Part shown: one piece after another, positions 10,219 to 19,931 of the stretch
Numbering within the stretch: the stretch's first letter is position 1
Layout of the letters: each line of letters starts with the position of its first letter
Translations under genes and position numbers: made by a program
The notes under the pieces: model-generated
Databases searched by the model: none
What the model was told of the DNA's origin: nothing
What the model saw: only the letters and a program-made list of their open reading frames with translations
DNA from: a virus
Lineage: Duplodnaviria > Caudoviricetes
Virus record (IMG/VR): IMGVR_UViG_3300028591_000085
Span: 64,001-128,000 of that record
DNA: 64,000 nt
Reading direction: 5' to 3' (one strand)

Positions 10219-11364
10219 ATGTTACAAGTTGGAGTAATTGGTATCGGTAATACAGGAAATCAGATAGCTACGCTTGCTATGAATGAATTAAAGATACCTG
10301 TGTTGGCAATAAACAGTAGCGAAAAAGATTTGGAGACGGTTCCTGATTCAGTTCCTAAGAAACTTATTTCGAGCACGAAAGGACTTTCTCAGGGTGCTGG
10401 AAAGAACAGATCTCTTGCAAAAAGTTATTTGAAAGAGTCTATAATGAAGGTTCTTTCGAGTGATGAAACTAATAAGTTTTTAAATGATATGGATATAATT
10501 TTTATAGTTAGTTCTACTGGCGGTGGAACCGGTTCAGGAACAGCACCGTTATTAGCGAATATAATTAAGTCTGCTTATGCAGATACTAAAGTTATACTCA
10601 TAGGTGTACTCCCTGTTAACAACGAAGCATTAAGTGCTCATGTCAATACACTTGAATATTTAAATGAACTATACTCAGTTCTGGAAAATCAGACATATAT
10701 GCTCTACGATAATGACAGATATGCTAAGTTACCGTCATATCTTATGATGGAGAAAGTAAATCGTGAAATTGTAGAAGATATCAATGTCATAAGATGTACT
10801 TACAATTTAACAACTCGTTTTGATTCTATTGATGAGCAGGATATGATGCGTTTAGTATCATTCCCTGGACGAATTGTTGTAAGCAGACTTGAAAAAATTC
10901 AAGAAAAGGATATCGATGGTAAATCTATTGAGGATATGCTGATTGATAATCTTAAGACTAATGCTCATGCAGAGCTTCAGAGAGATAGAAAAGTTATTGC
11001 TTCAGGCATTATAACGAACCTTTCACAAACTCTTACTGAAAGTTTTGATAATCATATTCCCAAGGTTAGAGAATTTGTCGGTGATCCTATTCATGATTTT
11101 AATCACATATATATCAATGAAGATAGAAAATTGCCCAATAATGTATTCTTAATCTTATCTGGTCTCGCTAAAGTAAATGATAAGATTAATCGAATAACTG
11201 ACCGAATCAATGAAATTGAAGATAGTCAGAAAGTCGATGATGCCGATGATGCTTTATCTGATGTAGATGTAAATGCTCTTAGTAGTATGGTGTCGTCGAA
11301 TGACTTATCTAAAACAAAGACTGATACGGTTGATATTAAGGGTATTTTTGATAAATTTATGTGA
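10219..11364 (+). CDS. Tubulin/FtsZ-family GTPase (PhuZ/TubZ-like)
   Basis: GVIGIGNTGNQI, GAGKN, signature GGGTGSG, T7-loop-like SIDEQD. Confidence 0.92.
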   Translation: MLQVGVIGIGNTGNQIATLAMNELKIPVLAINSSEKDLETVPDSVPKKLISSTKGLSQGAGKNRSLAKSYLKESIMKVLSSDETNKFLNDMDIIFIVSSTGGGTGSGTAPLLANIIKSAYADTKVILIGVLPVNNEALSAHVNTLEYLNELYSVLENQTYMLYDNDRYAKLPSYLMMEKVNREIVEDINVIRCTYNLTTRFDSIDEQDMMRLVSFPGRIVVSRLEKIQEKDIDGKSIEDMLIDNLKTNAHAELQRDRKVIASGIITNLSQTLTESFDNHIPKVREFVGDPIHDFNHIYINEDRKLPNNVFLILSGLAKVNDKINRITDRINEIEDSQKVDDADDALSDVDVNALSSMVSSNDLSKTKTDTVDIKGIFDKFM

Positions 11365-11394
11365 TTTTAATTGAAGTGATATATTATATTAGTA

Positions 11395-11449
11395 GACTAA
11401 ATGTGAGATGCGTGAATAATAATTTATCACGCATCTCACATTTATCTAA
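11395..11449 (+). other. Long hairpin in the leader of the next gene (or terminator of the tubulin gene)
   Basis: AAATGTGAGATGCGTG...CACGCATCTCACATTT just after ATATATTAT (11379-11387). Confidence 0.55.
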
Positions 11450-11477
11450 TAAAATATTTTTAAGGAGGAACCTTAAT

Positions 11478-12461
11478 ATGTCAAAGAAAAACAAGAATAA
11501 GAAGTCCGAGGTAAAATCTGAGATAAGAATCCCGGAGGACGTGAGAAAGTTTTCTTCGATGACTTTGAAAAAGTTTAAGAAGAAAAATGGTGATCTGTAC
11601 GATGGTAAGAAAGAGCTTCGTAAAGGCTTCTATCAGGAGCTTACAGATTACATGGGTGGAACTATAGAGTTCCTGGTGAAGTTCGGGTATATTAGAAAGC
11701 CCGAGGTAATAGAAACAAAGAACGGCTGTTTGGAAAAGTTCTATGACGAAGACTTTGTTAAGTATCTTATCAAAGAAATTAAAAAGAACGATGATTCGGC
11801 GATAGAGAACATCAAGCTACTGCCGATAGTTCTTAAGGATGTTTTAGCTGAGATACTCTCGGTTAATACGAAGAGACTCGCCGAAGATCCGAATGCAGCT
11901 CAGATGTCGACTGCAGAACTTTGCGACCTGATCAAGGTTATCACGAAGTCGAAGTTCAAAACGTTGACAAAGGCTGGGATTGATGAAGGTCTTGCGTTTG
12001 ATATCGTTATGATAGTTCCGTGTAATAAAGCATGGAAATACTCAAGGACCTTCAGAATAAAATCGTTGGTAAATGTGTTGTATGAACATGCAAAGACTAA
12101 GAAGATTGCATTTGCTGATATAATACAGCATACACTGAAAGAAGAAGATATACCGTATGTAATCACATATTGTTTATCTGAAAAGAAAGAACGGTTTGGG
12201 AATCTTTCCGATTCCCAGAAAGAGTTTTATATGTCAATTACGACATGGTGCTTTGATACCATGGAGAAAATGAATAAGAATGACATAGAAACTATAATTG
12301 ACGGGTTCATTAAGATTCGTCGTAATGATGAAAGTAGGGGTCTTGACGGTAACAGACGTTATGCGCTGTCAGGATTATCTGAAATTGATTATCCGAAGAT
12401 TTCGAAAGTCATAGGTTCGATGCTTTCGGATAATGAAAGTATTCGTAAGTATTTGAATTAA
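11478..12461 (+). CDS. Hypothetical protein (start re-called to ATG 11478)
   Basis: AAGGAGG RBS directly before MSKKNKNKK. Confidence 0.75.
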   Translation: MSKKNKNKKSEVKSEIRIPEDVRKFSSMTLKKFKKKNGDLYDGKKELRKGFYQELTDYMGGTIEFLVKFGYIRKPEVIETKNGCLEKFYDEDFVKYLIKEIKKNDDSAIENIKLLPIVLKDVLAEILSVNTKRLAEDPNAAQMSTAELCDLIKVITKSKFKTLTKAGIDEGLAFDIVMIVPCNKAWKYSRTFRIKSLVNVLYEHAKTKKIAFADIIQHTLKEEDIPYVITYCLSEKKERFGNLSDSQKEFYMSITTWCFDTMEKMNKNDIETIIDGFIKIRRNDESRGLDGNRRYALSGLSEIDYPKISKVIGSMLSDNESIRKYLN

Positions 12462-12495
12462 CGAATTAAAAAAAAATAGTCAATAAACTTATTAT

Positions 12496-12550
12496 TAATC
12501 CCGCAAATGGTGTATATACATTTGCGGGATTAGTGATAATTATTTTTTTC
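12496..12550 (+). terminator. Hairpin / probable terminator
   Basis: TAATCCCGCAAATG...CATTTGCGGGATTA. Confidence 0.55.
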
Positions 12551-12581
12551 ATTATTAATTAAAGAAAGAAGGATAACTACT

Positions 12582-13646
12582 ATGATATGCAGATTTAACA
12601 TTGGTTCGTTTGAGGCTGACAAGTCTAACGATCTTATTATAACCTATGACCAGTATGGTAACAAGTATTTCTCTTTTGAAGATATTGAGCAAAAGATTAA
12701 TATTCGTGCTAATACTAAAGCATTTCGTAACATTGAAACTAGTGACATCACTTGCGCTGCTATGAGCGAGGATGTTGTTATTGAGAAGAATGAAAAGAAT
12801 ATTCCTTATTCTTGGAAGAAATATCAACTTCCTAAGGATCTGGACAAGAAGTATCGGTGGGCTAACAATATAAAGAACCTCAATCCGATGTTTCTTATTA
12901 ATAACTATACTAAATCTGAGGATGGTACTGAAGAGTATTCTCCTGAAAACTATGTTGTGTACATAGCTATAGAATCGCCCAGATATAAGATTCTTGGGTA
13001 CTATACTAAGTATGCAATTCTGAATACATTTACTCACAATGATAAATTCACTGGCGCAACTATTGTATTCACTGAAGATGAACATCTTGCCGCTGATGAT
13101 GATAAAATTATTGAGATTAAGTTTTTTGATAATGTCACCAAGGTATATAGAGTTTGCACTATATCTATTGATGGTAATGGTAATCCTGAAATGGATATGA
13201 GATATGCAGAAGGACCCGAAGTTGGTAAGCTTAAGACTCTGAATAATCGTTACAAGTTCTCTCTTAAGATGAGAATTAGACCTTTAGCAGGTTCTCTTAT
13301 TACTCAGCATTATATATTCCCTGTAACTAACAGTGAATATGAAGCAGGTTCTGATGACCCTGAGAAGTATATTGCTAATAGTGAAGTTGAAAAGTTGGTT
13401 TCTGATCACTTTAACAATAACTTCCCTGAAGGCACCGAATACTACATGTCACCTATTCATATTGATGAAAACGGTGAGCCTAATGTTGAAGAACTGGAGG
13501 CAGCTATTGGTGATATTGTTAACTTCAAGTCTAAGGTATTTACAACATTCGGTGTTAAGATTCCTTATGATCTTATTAAGAAGTATAAGATTAAGAATGT
13601 TTTTAACTATGATCTTGAGACAAATAAGATCACACTTGTTAAGTAA
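12582..13646 (+). CDS. Hypothetical protein
   Basis: 354 aa ORF with RBS. Confidence 0.75.
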   Translation: MICRFNIGSFEADKSNDLIITYDQYGNKYFSFEDIEQKINIRANTKAFRNIETSDITCAAMSEDVVIEKNEKNIPYSWKKYQLPKDLDKKYRWANNIKNLNPMFLINNYTKSEDGTEEYSPENYVVYIAIESPRYKILGYYTKYAILNTFTHNDKFTGATIVFTEDEHLAADDDKIIEIKFFDNVTKVYRVCTISIDGNGNPEMDMRYAEGPEVGKLKTLNNRYKFSLKMRIRPLAGSLITQHYIFPVTNSEYEAGSDDPEKYIANSEVEKLVSDHFNNNFPEGTEYYMSPIHIDENGEPNVEELEAAIGDIVNFKSKVFTTFGVKIPYDLIKKYKIKNVFNYDLETNKITLVK

Positions 13647-13738
13647 AAAACATTTTAGTACTTTATTTATATATCATAAATGTATAAGTCACTAATAATA
13701 TAGTGATTTGTTAAAAATTTAAAAAGGAGATTTTTACC

Positions 13739-14215
13739 ATGAAAAAAATCACAGCAATTTCGAAGACAACTGCTGCCTTGAAAAAGGGTAAAACCTTAAA
13801 GGCAAAGAAGAAGAAGGAAACCGTGGTTCTTAGGGCGGAGTGTCCTCATCATTATTATGATGGGAAGAAGTTGAAGAGCCGAATTAAGAACAATGGCGAT
13901 GGAACCTGCACCTGCAAGTTGTGTAAGGAGCAGTTTAGGACAATTCCATTCACGTTCGATGAGATTGATGAGGCCTATGAGAACGTTAAGGAAATAACTA
14001 ATCAGGCTAAATTCATGGCTGCTCGTCTTGGTATAGCCAACAACTGCGACTACTTATGCAGTGTATCGGGTAATCTCACAAAGTGGCCGAAGGTTGTTGG
14101 TAAAACCATCAAGGCTGCCAAGAAAGAAGACGGCGTGAAAAAGAAGAAGAAGGGCGGTTCTAATTCTGGTATGTCTAACCAGTATGGACAGTGGAGTATT
14201 GGTAGACATCGTTGA
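13739..14215 (+). CDS. Basic Zn-finger-like protein
   Basis: CPHH...CTCKLC, Lys-rich termini; ATATATCAT motif at 13669-13677. Confidence 0.6.
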   Translation: MKKITAISKTTAALKKGKTLKAKKKKETVVLRAECPHHYYDGKKLKSRIKNNGDGTCTCKLCKEQFRTIPFTFDEIDEAYENVKEITNQAKFMAARLGIANNCDYLCSVSGNLTKWPKVVGKTIKAAKKEDGVKKKKKGGSNSGMSNQYGQWSIGRHR

Positions 14216-14248
14216 TGTTCCGAATCTAATCGCTTCTTCAAATGAAAT

Positions 14249-14288
14249 AAAATACCTAAGGGAATGAGATTCCCTTAGGTATTTTTTT
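14249..14288. terminator. Intrinsic terminator
   Basis: AAAATACCTAAGGGAAT-GAG-ATTCCCTTAGGTATTTTTTT. Confidence 0.85.
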
Positions 14289-14343
14289 ATTGCATATTTT
14301 CTATGTTCCTATAATGGTAGGAATAGGATAATATTTTAATAAA

Positions 14344-14356
14344 AACATTAAAATAA
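14344..14356 (+). promoter_or_regulatory. AACA-N6-TAA promoter
   Basis: AACA-TTAAAA-TAA upstream of gyrB. Confidence 0.55.
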
Positions 14357-14408
14357 GCATATTAATAATAATAAATATGCTTATTAAAAAGAAAGGTTGT
14401 GAATAAAA

Positions 14409-16883
14409 ATGGCAAAAGATGTGCAGATGTTCTATATAGAATCTGACATCAAAAAGATTCAAACAAAGACTAATCTGTATATTCAGAAATATGGTCCTGC
14501 TGGTGCATTCCATTTAGCAAGAGAAATTATTCAGAATAATATAGATGAGTGTATTGACCCCGAATCAAATGGGTCTGTTATTCATATCACATATGATAAA
14601 TTAAGTGATATGTTAACTTGTGAAGATAATGGAAGAGGATTCCCTGAAAAGGATTATCCATTAGATATCTTCTGTACAAAAAACCAATCAGGTTCTAAAT
14701 TCTTTAGAGATCAAGGGGGAGATTCTGCCGGTGAATTTGGAGTCGGCCTTACAGTAGTAAATGCTCTCTCTGATAAATTTACAATAGTTAACTATAGAGA
14801 AGAAGAAGGCTATAAGCATACTATTGTATTTGAAGATGGAGAGAAGATAACGGACGAAACTAAGCCGTTAACTAAATCAGATCCTCGGCATGGCTCGTGT
14901 ATATCTTTTATTCCATCAAAGAAATATCTTGGGGGAAACACAGTAATTCCTTATAAAGAAATGATTGAATGGGTAGAAAAGATGTTATTCTTTGTAAGAA
15001 AGAAGAAACTAAAGATAACAGTAGATGTGTTTAAGGGAATGAAATTAAAGGAGTCTTATACATTTAAGCCGAAACCTTTTGATGAACTTCTCGATAAAAT
15101 AGCATCTACTGATAAATATTCTCCCAAGTGTAATTTTTCGGGTGATGATATAATAAAGGAAAACGTTAGAAAATCATCCATGGACTCAACAGGAAAAGTT
15201 GTAACTAAGAATACTGTAATATCGAAAAACATTCACGTTGACGTTGCATTACGTTATGTTCCCGAAACAATTACGTATTATGATAGTTATTGCAATTATA
15301 CTAATACTATAGATGGTGGAATTCATCAAGACACATTTGAGAAGTGTTTCTGCAATTATATGCAGAACAAAACAAAAGCAACAATGACAGAATCTCAAAG
15401 AGATAAGACTCCGATATTATGGGATGATATTAGGTCAGGATTATGCTGCGTTATTAATTTATCTACTAATGCACAAGTTGGGTTTGTTGGTAATGCTAAG
15501 ACTAAAATAGGAAGTGATGAATTAGTTCCGTATCTATCAGCAATATTCTCAAGAGAAATAGAGAAATTCTTTAGCAGTAATCAAACTTGTTTAAATGAGT
15601 TTATTAAAATTATAAAGTTAAATGCTAAAGCTCGTATTGAGGCAAACAAAGTTAAGAGTGCCGTTAAGAAAGAAAGAGTAAATTCATTCGATGAGCATAT
15701 TATGAAGAACTTTATTCGGTGTAATAATACTGGTAAAAAGTTTAAAGAATTATTCTTAGTCGAAGGAAACTCTGCTTCAGGTTCTGCTAGAAATGGTTGT
15801 GACCCTGATACTCAAGCATTCTTTCTGTTTAGGGGTGTCGTAGCTAATTCGTTTAAGTGTTCATTAGCAGAAATTATGCAGAACCGAGAGCTTCATGATT
15901 TAGTTACGGTTATGAGATGTGGGATTGGTCCAACATTCAATATGAACAAACTGTATTTCGACAGAATAAATATCTTTACAGATGCTGATATTGATGGTGC
16001 ATATATTAGTAGTGGAATGCTTGCATTCTTCTATAAATATTATAGACCTCTTATAGAAGCAGGTAAGATATATAAAGTATTCTCACCGTTATATGCATTG
16101 GAAGATAAAGATCATCCATATGTAGCTAATAAAGCAGAGATGGTTGAATTGTATCATAAGAAGTTGGCTAAGAATTATAAGATAAGAATCAAAGGCGAAA
16201 AGAAGTTTATGAATAAGGATGAACTTTATGACTTTTTGATGGATACCTATGATTATCGAGAAAATCTTATAAGGGTAGCTAAAGATATGGGTAATGTTAA
16301 TAAGTTCCTAATAGAATCTATTATAGCATATCTTGTTCTTATGGATGTTGTAAGAAGTTCTGATGATTATGACGATTTAATCAAAGTATTCTCTGATCAA
16401 AACTTTATAAAGGTATTTATGAGTAATCTTCAAATACGTTTTAAAGAAGTAACATTGGAAGATACCACGGTAATCAATGGTATTGTTGACGGTAGGTTCT
16501 GTTCTATTAATGTGACGAGCAGATTCATAAGAAAGAATAATGGAATTATTCCAGTTATATCTGATTATGGTTATATTCTTGAAGTACAAGAGAAAGATAA
16601 ACCTGTTCGTGAAATGACAATAGGAGAATTCCTTGACGATGCTATGAAGTATTCGTTAAAGATAAAGACTAGATTTAAGGGACTTGGTGAACTTTCCGGA
16701 AAACAACTACGGTCTACAACACTTGATATGAATAATCGTGTATCAGTGCAATTTACTGTAGAAGATTTTGAACGAGAACTTGGTATTATGAATATGATTC
16801 ATGGTCCAGGAAAAACTGACTTGGAAAAGAGGAAAGAACTAATGAAACGTTATCAGATAAAACGTGATGATTTGGATAATTAA
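14409..16883 (+). CDS. gyrB: Type IIA topoisomerase subunit B (GyrB/ParE-like)
   Basis: GHKL motifs EIIQNNIDE, DNGRG, GEFGVGLTVVNALS; TOPRIM EGNSA and DADIDG; RFKGLGE. Confidence 0.93.
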   Translation: MAKDVQMFYIESDIKKIQTKTNLYIQKYGPAGAFHLAREIIQNNIDECIDPESNGSVIHITYDKLSDMLTCEDNGRGFPEKDYPLDIFCTKNQSGSKFFRDQGGDSAGEFGVGLTVVNALSDKFTIVNYREEEGYKHTIVFEDGEKITDETKPLTKSDPRHGSCISFIPSKKYLGGNTVIPYKEMIEWVEKMLFFVRKKKLKITVDVFKGMKLKESYTFKPKPFDELLDKIASTDKYSPKCNFSGDDIIKENVRKSSMDSTGKVVTKNTVISKNIHVDVALRYVPETITYYDSYCNYTNTIDGGIHQDTFEKCFCNYMQNKTKATMTESQRDKTPILWDDIRSGLCCVINLSTNAQVGFVGNAKTKIGSDELVPYLSAIFSREIEKFFSSNQTCLNEFIKIIKLNAKARIEANKVKSAVKKERVNSFDEHIMKNFIRCNNTGKKFKELFLVEGNSASGSARNGCDPDTQAFFLFRGVVANSFKCSLAEIMQNRELHDLVTVMRCGIGPTFNMNKLYFDRINIFTDADIDGAYISSGMLAFFYKYYRPLIEAGKIYKVFSPLYALEDKDHPYVANKAEMVELYHKKLAKNYKIRIKGEKKFMNKDELYDFLMDTYDYRENLIRVAKDMGNVNKFLIESIIAYLVLMDVVRSSDDYDDLIKVFSDQNFIKVFMSNLQIRFKEVTLEDTTVINGIVDGRFCSINVTSRFIRKNNGIIPVISDYGYILEVQEKDKPVREMTIGEFLDDAMKYSLKIKTRFKGLGELSGKQLRSTTLDMNNRVSVQFTVEDFERELGIMNMIHGPGKTDLEKRKELMKRYQIKRDDLDN

Positions 16884-16898
16884 TGGAGGTGATGAAAT

Positions 16899-19289
16899 AT
16901 GTCCGAAAAAATAACTCAGCAGAATATTGCTGATGCAGTTCTTGAGTATTCTTGTTTGTTTGGAGCGAATAAGAATGTGTATAGAATAGCCCCATCTATT
17001 CAGGACGGATTAAAACCTGGTAAAAGACGACTTTATTGGTCTTGGTGGTTGAATGAAAAGAAACCTAAAGACACAAGTAAAGAAACTTTGAAAAAATTAA
17101 GGTTTATAAAAGCAGGTACAGTATCTTCAAATGCTATGGCATATCATCCTCATGGCGATATAGCAATGAGCGAATTAATAGTTAGAGAAGGCCAGTATTG
17201 GAATAATAATGTAATGAGTATTGTTCCTCAAGGTTCTTATGGAAACATCAGAGGAGACCAAGCAGCAGCAGGTCGTTATGCTGAAGCTAAGATTGGTGAA
17301 TATATGATTGATTGCTTCTTTGATGATTTTGATAAATATTGTGTGCCGATGAAACTGGCATATGATGGAGAATCTCCTGAACCTGAATATCTACCTGCTA
17401 AGTATCCGCATATACTATTTAACCCTCAAATTTCTGGTATAGGGTTTGCATTGGCATCTAATATACCTCCGTTTAATATAACGGAGGTATTGAAGACTAC
17501 AATTGCTTTAATGAAAGACCCTGATACTAAAGTATTACTCATACCGGATTCACCTACAGGAGCAGATATTATTGATGAGGGTAATTTTAAAGAGATAAAC
17601 AAAACTGGTAAAAGTAAGTTTACATTAAGAGCAACCGCTTCGATTGATTATCAGAATAATGTAATTACTTTTACGAGTCTCCCTCTTCAGATGACTACGA
17701 TGCAAGTAATTGATAAGATTATTTCATTGAAGTTACCTGAGATATATGAGATTAAAGATTATACAAAAGAGGGAGAAGTTAATCTTCAAATTTTCTTGAA
17801 ATCTGATGTTAGACCTGATAAGATTCTTGAAACTCTATACAAGAAAAATACAGGTCTCAAGATGACTTATCCGGTTGGAATCACTGTGATTGATGACTAT
17901 GTATCATTTGAATATGGTGTGAAAGATTTATTATTAGAATGGATTGAATATCGTAGAGATATAGTAAGGTCCATGTTCTTGAATAATCTTCAAATCACTA
18001 TGGAAAAACTTCATATGAATAAGGTACTATTAATGGTATTCAATAAAGACAATATTGAAACTACCATTAAAATAGCCAAGAATAGTTCATCAAGACAAGA
18101 TACTATCAACAAGCTTATGAAGAGATATAAAATAACATCGTTGCAGGCGTCTACTATTGCTGATATGAGAGTATATAACTTTAATGCGGATTCTTATAAT
18201 CGATATAAAGAAGATAAGAAAAAGCTTGATGAAGAACTTAAATATATACAAACGACATTGAAGCATAGTAATAAAATTGACGAGTTTATTATTAGTCAGC
18301 TTGAAGAAGGTATTAAGAAATGGGGTCATCCCAGAAAAAGTAAAGTTGTTAAAGAGAAAGATGATGCAAAGAAAGATATTCCTAATACTGAGCATATTAT
18401 TGGAATCAGCGAAAGCGGATATATTAAGAAGCTTTCTCTTAAAGAGTATAACTCAATAGGGTTAGTTGGTAAAGAGAATGGAAATCTCACGGTGATGCAA
18501 ATTAATAATAAAGAAGATATTATTGTTATTGATAGTTCCGGTAGAGTATCCAGAATCTCAGTATCGGCTATTCCCGATATGAAATTTGAAGATATTGGTG
18601 TTGAGATTAATAGATATTTTACTTCACAAGGAAGAATAGTATCATTAATGAAGTTGCCATCAGTAGATATTTTAAAATCTAAAGATGAAGAACTTTGTAT
18701 AATCTTTGTCACTAAAGATGGATATGCAAAAAAGGTTCCTATATCAGAGTTTAAAAAGATAAGTGATTTTAAAATTGGTATTACTCTTAATCCTGGTGAT
18801 GAAGTTGCTTCAGCATTATTTTCATTTGATAAGAGTTCAAAAGATTGTATAATTTGTACGAACCTGGGTGATGGTATCAGGATAAGTATTAATGATATTA
18901 AAACCTTAAGCAAGAGTGCTAAAGGGGTGCGTCAAATAACTCTTAAAGAAGGTGAGTACGTTGTCAATGCGTGTAAGATAAATCCGAATAAGAAGCTACT
19001 ATTCTATGTAACATCTGCCGGAAAAGTTAAACTTACTGAGACAAAGTATTTTCCGACAATGCAGCGTAAGGATGAACCATTATCATTAATAGGGCTTGAT
19101 AAGAATGAAATTCTTGTTGGTATATCTTCAGTATCTAAAAATGATGTTGTAATGGTATATAGAAAAAATTCAGAACCCGAAGAGATATCTTTAAAAGATA
19201 TAAAGGTAAGTACTAGAATTGCAAAAGGAGAAAAAATAATAAAAACTCCTAAAGGCGATAAAGTAATTGCATATAAAGTATTCGGATAA
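16899..19289 (+). CDS. gyrA: Type IIA topoisomerase subunit A (GyrA/ParC-like) with beta-pinwheel CTD
   Basis: DGLKPGKRR, YHPHGD, catalytic AAGRYAE, NIPPFN, repeated CTD blades. Confidence 0.93.
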   Translation: MSEKITQQNIADAVLEYSCLFGANKNVYRIAPSIQDGLKPGKRRLYWSWWLNEKKPKDTSKETLKKLRFIKAGTVSSNAMAYHPHGDIAMSELIVREGQYWNNNVMSIVPQGSYGNIRGDQAAAGRYAEAKIGEYMIDCFFDDFDKYCVPMKLAYDGESPEPEYLPAKYPHILFNPQISGIGFALASNIPPFNITEVLKTTIALMKDPDTKVLLIPDSPTGADIIDEGNFKEINKTGKSKFTLRATASIDYQNNVITFTSLPLQMTTMQVIDKIISLKLPEIYEIKDYTKEGEVNLQIFLKSDVRPDKILETLYKKNTGLKMTYPVGITVIDDYVSFEYGVKDLLLEWIEYRRDIVRSMFLNNLQITMEKLHMNKVLLMVFNKDNIETTIKIAKNSSSRQDTINKLMKRYKITSLQASTIADMRVYNFNADSYNRYKEDKKKLDEELKYIQTTLKHSNKIDEFIISQLEEGIKKWGHPRKSKVVKEKDDAKKDIPNTEHIIGISESGYIKKLSLKEYNSIGLVGKENGNLTVMQINNKEDIIVIDSSGRVSRISVSAIPDMKFEDIGVEINRYFTSQGRIVSLMKLPSVDILKSKDEELCIIFVTKDGYAKKVPISEFKKISDFKIGITLNPGDEVASALFSFDKSSKDCIICTNLGDGIRISINDIKTLSKSAKGVRQITLKEGEYVVNACKINPNKKLLFYVTSAGKVKLTETKYFPTMQRKDEPLSLIGLDKNEILVGISSVSKNDVVMVYRKNSEPEEISLKDIKVSTRIAKGEKIIKTPKGDKVIAYKVFG

Positions 19290-19293
19290 ATAT

Positions 19294-19338
19294 AAAAAAG
19301 ATACGGCAGCGTCTCGCCCCCGCTGCCGTATCTTTTTT
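19294..19338. terminator. Bidirectional terminator
   Basis: AAAAAAGATACGGCAGCG...CGCTGCCGTATCTTTTTT. Confidence 0.85.
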
Positions 19339-19357
19339 AGATAGAAGTTACTAACCA

Positions 19358-19687
19358 TTAGTAACTTCTCTCTAAACTGAACACCTCCTTGTAATCGAAA
19401 TTTACGTTAAATGCCTTTAAACACGCCCTTAATTCAAAGAGCATATAGCTTAACGCTACCAGCCCATACCCAGAGGGTGGATTATTAGATAACAGCCAAT
19501 TTTTTACATCGGCTGCTATCGTTGTCACTGCTATGAGATCCGCCGTCGATTTGGCGAACGTTCCTCCTTCGTATGCTGCTTTATCTCCGTATGCGTTATC
19601 GCATGCGGTATCTACAGCTTTATCTATAGCACATACGAGTTCATCGATAGTATCAGATGTAAGATCCATGATTATTGAGTATTTCAT
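19358..19687 (-). CDS. Small accessory hypothetical protein
   Basis: 109 aa, AGGAGG RBS, own promoter and structured leader. Confidence 0.75.
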   Translation of the reverse strand: MKYSIIMDLTSDTIDELVCAIDKAVDTACDNAYGDKAAYEGGTFAKSTADLIAVTTIAADVKNWLLSNNPPSGYGLVALSYMLFELRACLKAFNVNFDYKEVFSLERSY

Positions 19688-19706
19688 ACTATTACCTCCT
19701 AGGTAA

Positions 19707-19766
19707 TTTACTTTATTTTTATTGACTAGGGATAATAAAGCCTGGTGACATCCAGTGAAAAACCCT
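19707..19766 (-). ncRNA. Structured leader motif 2 (pseudoknot), copy D
   Basis: AGGG-TTTTTCA-CTGG(ATGTCA)CCAG-G-CTTTATT-AT-CCCT-AGTCAATAAA-AATAAAG; covaries with 63039-63100. Confidence 0.7.
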
Positions 19767-19838
19767 ATAATAATTAACGGTTTGAATACTAATAGTTATT
19801 TTAAACCGACACGCCAGTGTGGTATAACTATTCATATT

Positions 19839-19918
19839 CACAGAGATAGTATATCATTGAAATAATAGACTTTACGGATAAAAGTAGAAGCAAAACAAAT
19901 AATTAAGTTAATAAATTA
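19839..19918. repeat. ~80-bp direct repeat 1: back-to-back early (-) and late (+) promoters
   Basis: Near-identical to 21782-21861; CGTA-N18-ATATACTAT on - and AACA-AATAAT-TAA (19894) on +. Confidence 0.8.
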
Positions 19919-19931
19919 TATAAATGAAAGG

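Noticed and set aside
11361-11477. Longer N-terminal starts given by the ORF track (also 45698, 29968, 60553)
   Set aside because: The extensions cross promoters, hairpins or upstream genes, and strong RBSs mark downstream ATGs
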